DNA of 39,402 nt from an uncultured delta proteobacterium (lineage in GTDB: Bacteria > Myxococcota > Myxococcia > Myxococcales > Myxococcaceae): assembly GCA_963745475.1 (NCBI GenBank), contig CAVUXN010000003.1:1-39402 (forward strand), given 5' to 3'. The position numbers were made by a program, and so were the translations under genes. Below the pieces are notes generated by a model. It was not told the DNA's origin and made no database searches. It was given only the letters and a program-made list of their open reading frames with translations. Below, in pieces: positions 39,189 to 39,402 of the stretch; position 1 is the stretch's first letter, and every line of letters starts with the position of its first letter.

Positions 39189-39402
39189 CCCTCCCCCCCG
39201 CCTTCCCTCCCCCCCCGCTTCCCTTAGCCTCCCTCGCACGGGTGGGCAGCCTGGGCGAGGCTGGGAGCGGCCGAGTGGCGGGCGCGTGGCGGCAACTGCT
39301 GAGAGCGGCGGCTGGACGGAGGCGGCAGCAGCAGCAGGCTGGCGCGCGGGCTTCGGACGGCGGTTGGGAGGGTTGGCAGACGGAGGCAGCTCAGGCAGCA
39401 CG

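Larger units (their letters stand above)
23949..39402. mobile_element. Mosaic genomic island downstream of tRNA-Asp (right boundary not in the window)
   Basis: Housekeeping synteny ends at the tRNA. GATC sites appear abruptly, and an IS, a recombinase, a primase/helicase, a terminase-like gene and lower-GC hypothetical genes follow. No attR repeat was seen. Confidence 0.8.

Overview
This is a GC-rich window from a myxobacterium (Myxococcota, Myxococcales-like gene order), in two halves. Positions 1-23950 are core chromosome: M23 peptidase (partial), PP2C phosphatase, recN with a myxobacterial-type LexA box, SWIM-SNF2 helicase, ABC-2 exporter, nadK, rarA, an NtrC-like activator / hybrid kinase / REC-GGDEF signalling cluster (hsfA/hsfB-like), a KimA-like APC transporter, fadJ-fadI, hemE, tRNA-Val(TAC) and tRNA-Asp(GTC). 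Positions ~23950-39402 are a mosaic island starting right after tRNA-Asp. It carries (i) a MocR/PdxR regulator divergent from an exported thioredoxin-fold + helical-repeat gene with an in-frame TGA in a UxxC motif followed by a SECIS-like hairpin, i.e. a probable unannotated selenoprotein; (ii) an IS3-family element with a passenger membrane-protein gene inside its inverted repeats; (iii) a phage-satellite (PICI-like) backbone: 5'-truncated large serine recombinase, Zn-finger/Toprim primase, RepA/AAA_25-like helicase, an iteron-rich ori candidate, cargo genes and a frameshift-hidden P27-type small terminase. Several core genes have single-base indels in homopolymers, so the assembly probably contains long-read errors and frameshifts cannot be taken as proof of pseudogenes. 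All calls come from motif recognition by eye; no searches were run.
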